Positions 1 through 9,680 of a stretch of 45,311 nt of DNA are shown here, piece after piece. The DNA is from a virus (taxonomy: Duplodnaviria > Caudoviricetes): IMG/VR virus record IMGVR_UViG_3300037461_000350, positions 1 through 45,311 of that record; one strand, given 5' to 3'. Below the pieces are notes generated by a model. That model did no database searches. It had not been told where the DNA came from and saw only the letters and a list, made by a program, of their open reading frames with translations. Every line of letters begins with the position of its first letter. The first letter of the stretch is position 1. The translations under genes were made by a program, and so were the position numbers.

Positions 1-52
1 GTTGGTTTGGGTGCTGAAGCATTTCCCCGGGTGGCCGGGATAAGGAGGCGAC

Positions 53-487
53 ATGAAACAACCGCGAACGTGCCGGGAGTCGATTGACATTTTGCAAGGC
101 GGCACTGGCGAAGGAGGCGAAATGACCGACTGGCTTGACGATGCATACCGCGAGGCGGAGAGAGATCAGATTTGCGGCGTGGAGGCGTTCAAGGCGCTGC
201 TGCGGGAGAAACATGAGGACGCCATAGACGGGTGCGAGTACAAGGACCAACTGCTTGAGGCCATCCGTGTCGCTGGTGATGCGCTCGGTACCGCGCCAGA
301 GCTGCGAAGCGTGGATTGCGTGACGGCGCTTGCGAAGTGGTGTGAGCAACTGAGGGACGAGCTTTCCGAGCTGCGGGAGACTTATATCCACGTGGCGCTT
401 TTGCTCCAGCATGAGCCAGTGGATGTCAAGGCGGCGTTGGAACTACTGAAAGGCTTTGGCGTCGGAAAGGAGCCGAGCGATGTCTGA
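53..487 (+). CDS. hypothetical phage protein (alternative start ATG 122)
   Basis: ORF with AGGAGG SD before both ATG 53 and ATG 122; overlaps next gene. Confidence 0.6.
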   Translation: MKQPRTCRESIDILQGGTGEGGEMTDWLDDAYREAERDQICGVEAFKALLREKHEDAIDGCEYKDQLLEAIRVAGDALGTAPELRSVDCVTALAKWCEQLRDELSELRETYIHVALLLQHEPVDVKAALELLKGFGVGKEPSDV

Positions 488-788
488 CTGGATCGACGAT
501 GCAGTACCAACCACAGAGTCCTGGGTTTTTCTTACGATAGATGAACTCAAGGATGCTCTCCGCGCCGCGCACGCCGAGCACTGTGAGCACAAGGCCGAGC
601 TTGCCAGTCTCCGCGCCCTGCCGCTGCTAGACGAGGAGATGGCACAGAGGATAGCGGATGAGACACGACGGTGCTACCTCGTCCAGCCGCTTGCTGGTGG
701 TGATCCTATCAAGGAGGTTTTGCCGTTAACTATTTTGCGCGTGGCCGACGAGGCCGGAAAGGAGAAGACATGCCGAGCGAGGGAATAA
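480..788 (+). CDS. hypothetical phage protein
   Basis: ATG 480 overlapping the upstream gene end, AAGGAG SD; N-terminus MSDWIDDA resembles MTDWLDDA of the previous gene. Confidence 0.6.
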   Translation: MSDWIDDAVPTTESWVFLTIDELKDALRAAHAEHCEHKAELASLRALPLLDEEMAQRIADETRRCYLVQPLAGGDPIKEVLPLTILRVADEAGKEKTCRARE

Positions 789-1096
789 CCAGTCTCGTTT
801 ACAAGCTCACCAACGTCGCGTTCGAGGCGGCGCACGCCGAAGGACTCAAGCCGTGGGTGCGGGTAGCGCGTGACGAGCTGCTCGCCGCTATCGACAAGCT
901 CGAGCAACGCGTCGCCGAACTCGCGCGCCAGCTCGCGCAGGAGGAGGCCGCCTCAAAGCTCTGGCAGGAAAAGACGCTGGAGGGATTGGTGCAGGAAGAG
1001 TGCAAGCCAATGCAGACCATGGCGCAAGAATTTTACGAACTCAAGGCGCGTGTCGCCAAGCTGGAACAGGAAATGTCCCTGCGTCTTCCCGGTTGA
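770..1096 (+). CDS. coiled-coil hypothetical protein
   Basis: AAGGAG SD, heptad-rich sequence (IDKLEQRVAELARQL, LKARVAKLEQE). Confidence 0.65.
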   Translation: MPSEGITSLVYKLTNVAFEAAHAEGLKPWVRVARDELLAAIDKLEQRVAELARQLAQEEAASKLWQEKTLEGLVQEECKPMQTMAQEFYELKARVAKLEQEMSLRLPG

Positions 1097-1119
1097 ACGA
1101 AAAACGAAAGGAGTCTCAC

Positions 1120-1347
1120 ATGAAGCGTTTACTTCTGTCCCTCGTGATCCTGGCCTGCGTCTCTTGCGGCTCGCCTACCAAGACGAGCCTCGAGGCCATG
1201 AAGGCACACTGGACGGCGCTCGAGCCGTACACGCTCGAAGGTATCAAGGTGGCGCCGGACCTTTCCCAAGAAGCCAAGGACGAACTCGCACACGAGTGCG
1301 GTCGATTCATGGCGCTGATTGAAGAGGAGCTCAAGTACGCAGAATGA
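1120..1347 (+). CDS. small lipoprotein (possible lysis/spanin-like)
   Basis: AAGGAG SD; MKRLLLSLVILACVSC signal peptide with lipobox-like Cys. Confidence 0.65.
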   Translation: MKRLLLSLVILACVSCGSPTKTSLEAMKAHWTALEPYTLEGIKVAPDLSQEAKDELAHECGRFMALIEEELKYAE

Positions 1348-1658
1348 GTACCCTACTGAAAGAACTCGAGCAGGAATGCGGCAGTGCAGTTTCTGAAGTC
1401 TTCAAGGAGCTGTTCGATAGTGGGCACAAGGATATCGCGCCAGAAGCAGAGCATATCGCACAGGGCATATTGCGCTTGGCTAAGACCCCGATCACTGGCA
1501 AGGGCAAAAGCGCACAGGTCATCTCGGATAGCCTCCAGCGCCAACTCTACAACCTCAAGGCAATCTGCAAAAGGCGTGGGTATCAGGCAGTTCTCGAGCT
1601 CGTGATCAAGATCGCGAGTATCGTGGTGTCGGTTCTTCTCAAAAGGTTAGGAGTCTAA
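1344..1658 (+). CDS. hypothetical protein with hydrophobic/amphipathic C-terminus
   Basis: ATGA overlap with upstream gene; C-terminal VLELVIKIASIVVSVLLKRL. Confidence 0.6.
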   Translation: MSTLLKELEQECGSAVSEVFKELFDSGHKDIAPEAEHIAQGILRLAKTPITGKGKSAQVISDSLQRQLYNLKAICKRRGYQAVLELVIKIASIVVSVLLKRLGV

Positions 1659-1659
1659 C

Positions 1660-1884
1660 ATGAATGCTCTTCTGGATTTCTTCGGCGGACGCAAGTGTGG
1701 ACTGGTACTCTTCGGAATGGTGGCTGCCGTGGTTGTTGGCCTCGCGCTCAAGCTCGATGGCACGCAGATCCTCGACGCGATCAAGTGGCTGGTCGGCATC
1801 GGCGCAGGCTCGATCGCAGTCGAGGACGGGCTCAAGGGGATAGGAGGGACAAAGGGGACGACGCCGACAGCGCCAACAACGTAG
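1660..1884 (+). CDS. small membrane protein, putative holin
   Basis: AGGAG SD; two hydrophobic segments, GGRK motif before TM1; position just before the packaging module. Confidence 0.55.
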   Translation: MNALLDFFGGRKCGLVLFGMVAAVVVGLALKLDGTQILDAIKWLVGIGAGSIAVEDGLKGIGGTKGTTPTAPTT

Positions 1885-1928
1885 ACCATGCGAGTGTATC
1901 CACAAGATTGTTGTTACAATGAATCCTG

Positions 1929-2030
1929 TATGGTTGGCGAACTGTGGGCCGCGCCCTGGATCGCCAACCATATGAATCTCATATCACGGGTCCTGGTACA
2001 GGCCCCACCGTGCGCAGTGTCGCGCCCAGC
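1929..2030. other. putative cos packaging site region
   Basis: Intergenic, just upstream of terS; GGGCCGCGCCCT (1946-1957) matches lambda cohesive end GGGCGGCGACCT at 10/12 and sits inside a 12-bp inverted repeat (1929-1940/1961-1972); GGGTCCT (lambda cosQ sequence) at 1988-1994. Confidence 0.5.
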
Positions 2031-2078
2031 CGGCTGGACGCACTTTTTCACGGCCAACCCAAGGACACAGCGCCTAAC

Positions 2079-2612
2079 ATGAAGCGAAAACATAAGTTAC
2101 CACCCGACCCAGCCTGGGCACGCAGCAAGGCCGCCTTAGCCTCCCGCCTCAGCGTGGCTCGTAGCACGGTTGCTGAGTGGGCTGGCAGGGCCGGCTTCCC
2201 GGCCAAGGGTCCGCATGGCTGGAACATCGACGAGGTGAAGGCCTGGCGGGGTGCCACCGTGCTTCCGCAGGGTCCCCGGCAGAAGGGAGAGTCCGAGGAG
2301 GGCGTCCGCGCCGAACTCCTGCGAGCCCAGGCGGACGAGCGCCGTGCCAAGGCGGACCTGGCCGACCTCCGGCTCAAGATCGAGCGCGGGGAGTATGCTA
2401 CTCTGGCAGAGATCCGGGAGTGGGATACGTCCCGAGCCAGCGTCGTGAAGCGGGGACTCCTCAGCTTCTCGCGGTCCCTTCCGTCGGCCCTGATCGGCCT
2501 CAACGAGAAGGAAATGGCGGTCCTGATCGAGCAGCGCGTCCGGGAACTCCTGGAGCGTTTCGGGCGGTTCAACAAGAAGGAGCTGCAAGCTGAGTCTACA
2601 TCGAGCACTTGA
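2079..2612 (+). CDS. terminase small subunit (Nu1-like, winged HTH plus coiled coil)
   Basis: HTH-like SKAALASRLSVARSTVAEW..GFP..GWNIDEVKAW, then coiled coil ending in ERGEY; immediately upstream of terL. Confidence 0.85.
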   Translation: MKRKHKLPPDPAWARSKAALASRLSVARSTVAEWAGRAGFPAKGPHGWNIDEVKAWRGATVLPQGPRQKGESEEGVRAELLRAQADERRAKADLADLRLKIERGEYATLAEIREWDTSRASVVKRGLLSFSRSLPSALIGLNEKEMAVLIEQRVRELLERFGRFNKKELQAESTSST

Positions 2613-4497
2613 CCGTCTCTGGCGCAAGGCGATCTGGGCGCCGCCCCCGCGGTTGACGATCGACGAGTGGGCGGAGAGGACGGTAGTCCTGCCGCGGGCG
2701 GTGGCATCGATGCCTGGTCCAATTTCTTTGGACCGGACGCCGTACCTCCGGGAGATCCTCCGAGCCGCGACCGACCCAGACGTGGAAGAAATTACGATCA
2801 TGAGTTCTACTCAGGTCGGGAAGAGTACCTGCGAAGCGATGCCGCTTCTCTTCCACGTAGACCAGGACCCGTGGCCATGCCTTTACGTAGGGCCGAAAGA
2901 GGAATCGATCGAGAGCTTCAACAGGGACACGCTGCAGAAGATCATCCATGAATCCCCAGGCCTTCGGCGGCATCTGACCGGGGCCGCACACGACATGACA
3001 TCGGAGGCAATCAGGCTTAACGGCACATCGATCCACTTTGCTTCGGCAAACTCGCCAGCGAGTCTTGGCCAGCGCGCAATCTGCGTTTTGGTGCTGGACG
3101 AGTGCGACAAATATCCTCCCTTCTCTGGGAGGGAGGCCGACCCGATCGCGCTCGCGCGGGAGCGCACGCGCACCTTCCTCTTCCGGAAGATCATGAAGGT
3201 GAGTACGCCGACAACCAAACAGGGGTACATCTACCAGGAATTTATGGCCGGGGACCGCCGGCGCTACTGGGTGCCTTGCCCGCATTGCGGGGCCTACCAG
3301 GTCCTCGTCATGGGTGGCCGGGAACCCGGGGGTCCAGGGATCCACTGGCCGGCGGAGATCCGCGACCCAGAGCGCATCATTGATGAGACGGCTGCATGGT
3401 ATGAGTGTGGCGAGTGCCACCAGCGGATCAGCGACCAGGCAAAGCCGGTCATGTTGCGCCGCGGTCGGTGGGTGCCGGAGGCCCAGCACATCCTTCCGGA
3501 CGGCAGCCTTGAGGGCGAGGCGCCGTCCCGCCGCCGGCTGAGTTACCATCTCTGGGCCGGATATTCTCCTTGGCTGACTTGGAGCATGATTGCGGCGCAG
3601 TTCCTTCGGAGCGAAGGCAACCCGAAGGACTTAATGAATTTTCGCAATTCTTGGGAGGGCCGGGTCTGGGAGCAAACCATAGCGCCAATAACGGCAGCGA
3701 ATGTCCGGGCGAGGGAGATCGACTATCAGCCCGGCACGATCCCGCGGGCGGCTCGGGTGATGACGGCTGGCGTGGATGTTCAACACGATTGCCTGTGGTA
3801 CGTGATCCGCGCGTGGGGGGCCTACGGTACGAGTTGGCAAATTCGGTGCGGCCGTGTAGAGGATTTCACCGCGCTTTCTATGGTTCTCTTTCTTAGCAAG
3901 TATCTTCTGGTGGGCACGGAGGACACAATTCCGCTCGAGCGCGTCCTGATTGACAGTGGGTATCGCACGGAGGAAGTGTACGACTACTGCGAGCGCACAG
4001 GGTGCTTCCCTTGCAAGGGAGACAAGCGTGGAGAACGAGCATTCACGACGAGCGAGATAACCAGGGCCAATGGCCACAAAATCACTCTCGTGCTGATCAA
4101 CGTGGGGTACTACAAGGACAAGCTCCGGCGGTTGATGGGCACGCCGGACGGGGAACCCGGGGCCTGGCACTTACCAGCCGGCACAGCCGAGGAATACTAT
4201 CAGCACATGGTGTCAGAGCAGAAAATACGTGTCCACAACAAGAGGACAGGCCAGGTGGACTACGAATGGAAGGTTCTTGTTTCCGGGGCTCCCAATCACC
4301 TGTTCGATGGCGAGGTCTACGACCTTGTGGCCGCGGAGACCGTAGACGTCGAGCATCGTTTTGTTATCCCGGCAGGTGAAATCCAGACACGGGTCATCAC
4401 GCCACCCGAGGCGATCATCCAGCCACCTGCAGCGCCCCGCAGAGTCACGCAACGTCCTAGATTCCAGAGGTTCCGCAAGCACTATTTTTCGAGGTAA
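2590..4497 (+). CDS. terminase large subunit, lambda GpA family (start uncertain: CTG 2590 or TTG 2653)
   Basis: RTPYLREI, Walker A STQVGKS, Walker B LVLDECDKY, VSTPT, CPHCG, TAGVDVQ, IDSGY, NHLFD motifs. Confidence 0.95.
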   Translation: MSLHRALDRLWRKAIWAPPPRLTIDEWAERTVVLPRAVASMPGPISLDRTPYLREILRAATDPDVEEITIMSSTQVGKSTCEAMPLLFHVDQDPWPCLYVGPKEESIESFNRDTLQKIIHESPGLRRHLTGAAHDMTSEAIRLNGTSIHFASANSPASLGQRAICVLVLDECDKYPPFSGREADPIALARERTRTFLFRKIMKVSTPTTKQGYIYQEFMAGDRRRYWVPCPHCGAYQVLVMGGREPGGPGIHWPAEIRDPERIIDETAAWYECGECHQRISDQAKPVMLRRGRWVPEAQHILPDGSLEGEAPSRRRLSYHLWAGYSPWLTWSMIAAQFLRSEGNPKDLMNFRNSWEGRVWEQTIAPITAANVRAREIDYQPGTIPRAARVMTAGVDVQHDCLWYVIRAWGAYGTSWQIRCGRVEDFTALSMVLFLSKYLLVGTEDTIPLERVLIDSGYRTEEVYDYCERTGCFPCKGDKRGERAFTTSEITRANGHKITLVLINVGYYKDKLRRLMGTPDGEPGAWHLPAGTAEEYYQHMVSEQKIRVHNKRTGQVDYEWKVLVSGAPNHLFDGEVYDLVAAETVDVEHRFVIPAGEIQTRVITPPEAIIQPPAAPRRVTQRPRFQRFRKHYFSR

Positions 4498-4506
4498 CCC
4501 AAAGCC

Positions 4507-4767
4507 ATGAAAAAGCCTTCAAATCGCATGGAAAACCCTTCTTTTCCACAGGAAGCACTACTCAACCGCGAGGAAGCTCCTTTGAAAACAGAGAAAAACC
4601 AGGTTTCTCCGCGTGGTGTCGAGTGCTATTGGTGCCATACCATAGCGCTGCACAAGGTCCGAAAGACGTACCCGGCCCCAGGGAGGCCCGGATGCGTTTG
4701 CAGGAAGCGATTCTGCGCGCATTGCTTCAAGGAATTTACGAGTACAGAGAAGGCGATTTCGCCCTAA
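4507..4767 (+). CDS. Zn-ribbon protein (NrdR N-terminal/Ogr-like), possible late transcription regulator
   Basis: CYWC...RKRFCAHCFKEFTSTE two-CxxC pattern. Confidence 0.6.
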   Translation: MKKPSNRMENPSFPQEALLNREEAPLKTEKNQVSPRGVECYWCHTIALHKVRKTYPAPGRPGCVCRKRFCAHCFKEFTSTEKAISP

Positions 4768-4920
4768 AAGGACATATGTGTCCAAATCTGGGCAAAACCC
4801 GGTTTTTCCTTCTTGCCTTCTGATGCACAGACGGCAAACTCGGGGTGACATACGCGACATTCGCAAAACGCGGGTGTCTGCAACACATTTGGGAGCCGCC
4901 CCCTTGCAGGGCGGGTTTGA

Positions 4921-5133
4921 GTGGCGACTCACGCCGAAATCCTCGCAAAGCTCCTCACCGCGCTTGATACCAGGATCGCGGGCGGCCTGGTAGAAGCCTA
5001 CACCACCCCGAACGGTCTCAACGTCCAGTTGGCCGACCTGACTGATCTCCTGTCAGCCATTCGGGACGAAGAAGGACAGGCCCAACGGGAGGGCAAGTCT
5101 GCGTGCCACCTCACAGATCTGAGGGGGCGCTGA
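4921..5133 (+). CDS. head-tail joining protein (gpW-like)
   Basis: 70 aa ORF between terL and portal, helix-strands-helix pattern, TGATG coupling to portal. Confidence 0.65.
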   Translation: MATHAEILAKLLTALDTRIAGGLVEAYTTPNGLNVQLADLTDLLSAIRDEEGQAQREGKSACHLTDLRGR

Positions 5134-6728
5134 TGGACCTCGGCAACACCATCGATCGCGCGATCCGCCCTCTCTTCCCCGGCTGGGCCCGCCGGCGCAT
5201 GATCGCTCGAGCGCAGGCGCATCTCCTTGAGCGCGCGCTTCAAAAGCGCACGACGGCCGGAGGGATTCCGGATCGGTTTGGCGTCAAGAGGGCCTATTCC
5301 CTGCAGGGCCCGCAGGACAAGACTCGGACTGACCTCGCGGCGACACGGTCGCAGGCGCGGGACCTCTACCGTCACAATCCATACGGCCGCGGGATCGCGA
5401 ACACTATCACGGCCAATCTGATATCTACAGGGATCAAGCCCCAGGGGCGCGTGGTCCTGCCTAAACTCGGTAAACCTGACGAGAAGTTCAACGACGCCGC
5501 GGAGGAGCTCTGGAAGTCCTGGTCAGATGGCTGCGACCCTACGGGGAAGGAGAGCTTCTACGAGCAACAGTCACTCCTTCAGCATGAGGACACCATTTGC
5601 GGCGAGGTCCTTCTGGTCTTCAGCGAGGCTCGGGATGGTCGCGGGATACCGCTTGCCACGGAGGTGATTCCCAGCGAACGCCTTTCGATGAAGGACGAGT
5701 GGTCGCGTCCGGGGGAGGCGTCCCCGACCGGGAAGAAAATCATTCAGGGCGTGCAGTTCAACACCTGGGGCGGGATCGATGGGTATCACATCTACCCGAA
5801 CCATCCTTCCGAGGGCCTCTGGGGTTATGACGCGGAGGTCTTCGTCCCGGCAAACCGGGTGATCCACTTCTACAACAAGCTCGAGCCCGGGAGCGTGCGG
5901 GGGCTTACCAGGTTCCTGCCTGTCGCCGGCGCACTTGAAGGCTTCATGCAGTACCTGGACTATCTGCTGATCAAAGAGCGGATCGCGAGTGCCTTCGCGT
6001 TGGCGTTCATCAAGAACTCCGGTTTCGGCCTTCCTTCCCCGGTACAGCCAACCGACGACTCCTTTCTTACGGACGACGAGGGCAACGAACTCGACATCAT
6101 CGAAGGCGGGATCATCGCGCACCTGCGAAACGGTGAGGATATCAAGGGGATCCAGAGCGGGGTGCAGGCCGCCGCTGTAAATCTTCTCACAGAGGTATTC
6201 CTGCGTGTGATCGCGCGCGGCATGGATCTCAGTTACGAAATCGTGGCGCGCGACCTGTCCAACGTCACCTATCTCTCGGCGAGACAGGGAGAGAACCAGG
6301 ACCGCCGGCACTGGGAGCCGCAGCAAGAGCGCATGAACAAGCGCGTCAACATCCCTGTTTGGCGCCAGGTCCTGCAGATGGGCTACATGCTGGGCAAGCT
6401 TCCCACGCGCGCGGAACTCCAGCCGCGGCACTTGGAAGTCGAATTCGTTCGTCCCGGATGGGATTGGATCGATCCGTCGAAGGACGTTGAGAGCGATATC
6501 AGCGCGATCTCAGCGGGGATTCGCAGTCCGATCGAGAGCGTGATCAAGCGTGGTGGGGATCCATACAAAATTCTTCGGGACTGTGCGCAGTGGAAGGACT
6601 GGCTCAAGGAACTCGGCATGGAGCTTCCGGTCATCGAGCAGAAGCCGAAGGCCACTGAGGCTCCGAAACCAAAGGCAGCATCAGATGAAGACAAGGGCAA
6701 GAAAGCAAAGTCAGCGGAAGCTGCCTGA
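5133..6728 (+). CDS. portal protein, lambda family
   Basis: ARDLYRHNPYGRG, IIQGVQF, RVIHF..PGSVRGL, DLSNVTYLSARQ, PGWDWIDPSKD motifs. Confidence 0.95.
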   Translation: MDLGNTIDRAIRPLFPGWARRRMIARAQAHLLERALQKRTTAGGIPDRFGVKRAYSLQGPQDKTRTDLAATRSQARDLYRHNPYGRGIANTITANLISTGIKPQGRVVLPKLGKPDEKFNDAAEELWKSWSDGCDPTGKESFYEQQSLLQHEDTICGEVLLVFSEARDGRGIPLATEVIPSERLSMKDEWSRPGEASPTGKKIIQGVQFNTWGGIDGYHIYPNHPSEGLWGYDAEVFVPANRVIHFYNKLEPGSVRGLTRFLPVAGALEGFMQYLDYLLIKERIASAFALAFIKNSGFGLPSPVQPTDDSFLTDDEGNELDIIEGGIIAHLRNGEDIKGIQSGVQAAAVNLLTEVFLRVIARGMDLSYEIVARDLSNVTYLSARQGENQDRRHWEPQQERMNKRVNIPVWRQVLQMGYMLGKLPTRAELQPRHLEVEFVRPGWDWIDPSKDVESDISAISAGIRSPIESVIKRGGDPYKILRDCAQWKDWLKELGMELPVIEQKPKATEAPKPKAASDEDKGKKAKSAEAA

Positions 6729-8865
6729 TCCCGGGCAGACCCTCTTTCGTGACGCGACCTTCGAGCGTGAGGCAATTGACGAGAAGTCCCGCAAGGTTGC
6801 GGTGTCCTTCTCGAGCGAGACGGACACAATTCGTTTCTTCGGGACTCCGCAGATCCTGCTGCACGAGAAGGGCGCCGTTGATCTCTCAAGGCTCAACAGT
6901 GTCCTGCTGAACCACAACCCCGACCACGTTCTGGGCCGTGCGGAGGAGGTGAAGCTTGACCTGAAGGAGCGCAAAGGCCGCGCCGCGATCGTCTTCGACG
7001 ACGACGAGGAGTCGCAGCGGATCTTCAAGAAGGTCCAAGGCGGATCGATCCGGGGCGTGAGCGTCGGCTTTCGCGTGGACCGTTGGCAAATGCTGGACGA
7101 AGGCGACTCGTGGACTTCGCCGGATGGCCGGACGTTTCAGGGGCCGAAGGACATCGCCACGTCGTGGCGAGCGAGTGAATTTTCAGTCACGCCAATTCCG
7201 GCGGATTCGACCGTCGGCGTTGGCAGAACAACCGGGCAAGAAGAGCCCATGACACAGGAGTACGACACCATGGATCCGAAACTTCGAGCAGCGCTCGAAA
7301 AGCGTGGGCTCCCGCAAGAAGCCACCGAGGAAGAGGCGCAGGCCTTCATGCTTCGCATGGCCGAAGAGCCCGAGGCGGACAAGTGCAAGGGGGGCAAGAA
7401 GGGCAAGGGCAAGGGCCGCATCGAGGACGCGGAAGGGCGTTCCGAGGACGAAGGCGACGACCCCGGAGCCGCCATCCCGATCAAGGCGCGGGAGGAAGCT
7501 CCCGAGAAATCTGAGGCGGAACTCCGTGCCGAGCGGCGCGAGCGTGAGCGCGCGCGAGACGTCCGGAACGCCTGCAATGCCTTCCCGGAAACCCGTTCTC
7601 TCGCGGCCCAGGCCGAGGACGAGGGCTGGTCGATCGAGCAAACCCGCAAGGCCTGCCTCGAGGAGCTCGCGAAGCAGCGGCCGGTCCTGCATGCGGAGCA
7701 CCGCGTGGAGTTCGGCGAGGACGAGCGCGACAAGGTCAACCGCGCTGCGGAGAACTGGCTGCTCCTGCGGACGTCCCGCCGGGCGTTGGTTCCCGAGAAG
7801 GAGGTGATCGCGGCTCGTGACGTCGAGGCCGTCACTCTTCTGGATCTCGCGCGATTCTGCTGCCGCCGGGGTGGGATCATCACGAAGGGGCTCACCGTGG
7901 ACGGGCTTATCGCAGCCGCGATCGGCGGCATCAGCACCCGCGCCTTCTCCCATGGCACGAGCGATTTCCCGCTCATCACGGCGAACGTCGCGAACAAGGC
8001 CCTGCAGAAGGCGTATGAGGAGTCTCCCGCAACCTGGAAGCCTCTCGTGCGCACCGCGACCGCGGGCGACTTCAAGGTGGTCACGCGCGATCGACTCGGC
8101 GACTCCGGGTCCCTCGTGGAGACGCCCCCTCTGGCGCCGATGGCCGAAGGATCCTTCGCCGAGAACGCGGAGAGCTACGCGATCCTGACCTACACGAAGC
8201 GGTTCGGGATTTCGCGCCAGGCGATCATCAACGACGATCTCAGCGCCTTCGATCGGATCCCCGGTCTGATGGGCGCCGCGGCGCGTCGGCTGATCGCGGA
8301 CCTCTTCTACACCTTGCTGGGTTCCCAGAGTGGCGAAGGCCCGGCCATGGTCGAGGGGACGAAAAACCTCTTCTCGACGACTCACGCCTCGGGCGCGAAC
8401 TACACGGCCGGCGTCTTGGCGCTCGACATCGCGGGCCTCGGCACGGCGAAGAAGCTCATGCGGCTCCAGAAGGGCATGGTCGCCACCGATGAGACGGCCC
8501 CTGTGCTGAACATCACGCCGAATTATCTCGTTGTCCCGGCCGCACTTGAGGTCTCTGCCGAGCAGGTCACGACCCAGATCACGCCGGCCCTGGTGGCGAG
8601 CGTGCCTCCGGCGTGGATCCGCTCTCTCAACGTGATCGTCGAGCCGCGGCTCGATGCGCTCACCAACGGAACCACGGCCTGGTACCTCGTGGCCGCGCCG
8701 TCCCAGATCGAGGGCGCCGAAGTGGCGTTCCTTAACGGCAAGGAAGAGCCCACCATGATTCGTGTCGAGGGTACGAACATCCTCGGCATCGAGTGGGGCG
8801 TCTACCTCGACGTCGGCTGCAAGTTCCTCGAACACCGCGGCTGGTACCGCACGAAGGGTGCGTGA
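6685..8865 (+). CDS. prohead protease (HK97-type) - scaffold - major capsid protein (Mu gpT-like) fusion
   Basis: Protease motifs VSFSSE, LLNHN, RGVSVGF, EFSVTPIPAD; charged scaffold linker; capsid motifs TSDFPLI, SRQAIINDDL, IVEPRLD. Confidence 0.92.
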   Translation: MKTRARKQSQRKLPDPGQTLFRDATFEREAIDEKSRKVAVSFSSETDTIRFFGTPQILLHEKGAVDLSRLNSVLLNHNPDHVLGRAEEVKLDLKERKGRAAIVFDDDEESQRIFKKVQGGSIRGVSVGFRVDRWQMLDEGDSWTSPDGRTFQGPKDIATSWRASEFSVTPIPADSTVGVGRTTGQEEPMTQEYDTMDPKLRAALEKRGLPQEATEEEAQAFMLRMAEEPEADKCKGGKKGKGKGRIEDAEGRSEDEGDDPGAAIPIKAREEAPEKSEAELRAERRERERARDVRNACNAFPETRSLAAQAEDEGWSIEQTRKACLEELAKQRPVLHAEHRVEFGEDERDKVNRAAENWLLLRTSRRALVPEKEVIAARDVEAVTLLDLARFCCRRGGIITKGLTVDGLIAAAIGGISTRAFSHGTSDFPLITANVANKALQKAYEESPATWKPLVRTATAGDFKVVTRDRLGDSGSLVETPPLAPMAEGSFAENAESYAILTYTKRFGISRQAIINDDLSAFDRIPGLMGAAARRLIADLFYTLLGSQSGEGPAMVEGTKNLFSTTHASGANYTAGVLALDIAGLGTAKKLMRLQKGMVATDETAPVLNITPNYLVVPAALEVSAEQVTTQITPALVASVPPAWIRSLNVIVEPRLDALTNGTTAWYLVAAPSQIEGAEVAFLNGKEEPTMIRVEGTNILGIEWGVYLDVGCKFLEHRGWYRTKGA

Positions 8866-8875
8866 TCTCTCCTTT

Positions 8876-8913
8876 GGTGTTGGGGCTGGCTGACATATGC
8901 CAGCCCCGGCGCC
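8876..8913 (+). promoter_or_regulatory. GC-rich stem-loop after capsid gene (mRNA stabiliser/attenuator)
   Basis: GGTGTTGGGGCTGGC / GCCAGCCCCGGCGCC, 15-bp stem with G-U pairs. Confidence 0.55.
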
Positions 8914-8949
8914 TTACCTTGAAGCATGAAACAACAGGAGTTTTGAAAC

Positions 8950-9297
8950 ATGGCGACGAACGTGAAAAGGACTCGCGAGGAGGGGACGATTTGCGTCACC
9001 AACGTCGCGACTGCGAAGGCCGCCGGGAAACTGATCGTTGTTGGGGAGCTTGTATGCTGCCACAAGAACGACCAGGTTCTCAGCGCCACCAACTGTCCAG
9101 TCTGGGTCGACGGTGTCGAAGTGCTCTATGCGAAGCTGACGACCGACCTCGTGACGGAAGGCTTGAAGCTTTACTTCGACGTCTCGAACGACAGGCTCAC
9201 CACGACCGCGTCTACGCACAAGCAGGCGGGCGTGGCCGCCGCCGCTGCGGCGACCACAGCAACCACCTGCAGGGTGCATCTCGGCCTCACGCGGTAA
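8950..9297 (+). CDS. DUF2190-like capsid cement/decoration protein, copy 1
   Basis: Position after capsid; N..EG, G.LIVVG, G.KLYFD..N.RLTTT, AG.AAAAA pattern. Confidence 0.75.
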   Translation: MATNVKRTREEGTICVTNVATAKAAGKLIVVGELVCCHKNDQVLSATNCPVWVDGVEVLYAKLTTDLVTEGLKLYFDVSNDRLTTTASTHKQAGVAAAAAATTATTCRVHLGLTR

Positions 9298-9309
9298 ACA
9301 GGAGGACCA

Positions 9310-9666
9310 ATGGCTGCAAATGTCAAACGAGAACGTGAGGACGGCACCATTCTGGTGACGAACGTCGGCACGGCCAAGGCCGCCGGGAAGCTCATTGTGG
9401 TTGGCGAACTGGTCTGCATGCACAAGAACGACCAGGCCATCAGCGCGACGAACTGTCCGGTCTTCGTGAAGGATGTTGAGATCCTTTACGCGAAGCTCGA
9501 AACCGACGTGGCCACAGAGGGGTGCAAGCTCTACTACGACGACACCAACGACTACCTGACGGTCACCGTGGGCACGGACCCGGTCCTGAAGTACGCGGGG
9601 ATCGCCGCGGCTGCAGCCGGGAGCACGGCCACGACCTGTCGGTGCCATCTCGGTCTCAAACGATAA
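9310..9666 (+). CDS. DUF2190-like capsid cement/decoration protein, copy 2
   Basis: Tandem paralog of 8950-9297 (shared AKAAGKLIVVGELVC.HKNDQ, SATNC). Confidence 0.75.
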   Translation: MAANVKREREDGTILVTNVGTAKAAGKLIVVGELVCMHKNDQAISATNCPVFVKDVEILYAKLETDVATEGCKLYYDDTNDYLTVTVGTDPVLKYAGIAAAAAGSTATTCRCHLGLKR

Positions 9667-9680
9667 CGCGTCTTCCTGAA

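Noticed and set aside
1931-1970. TGGTTGGCGA/TCGCCAACCA matches at 9398 and 33664 as operator sites
   Set aside because: Isolated 10-14-nt matches are expected by chance in 45 kb, and one lies within coding sequence
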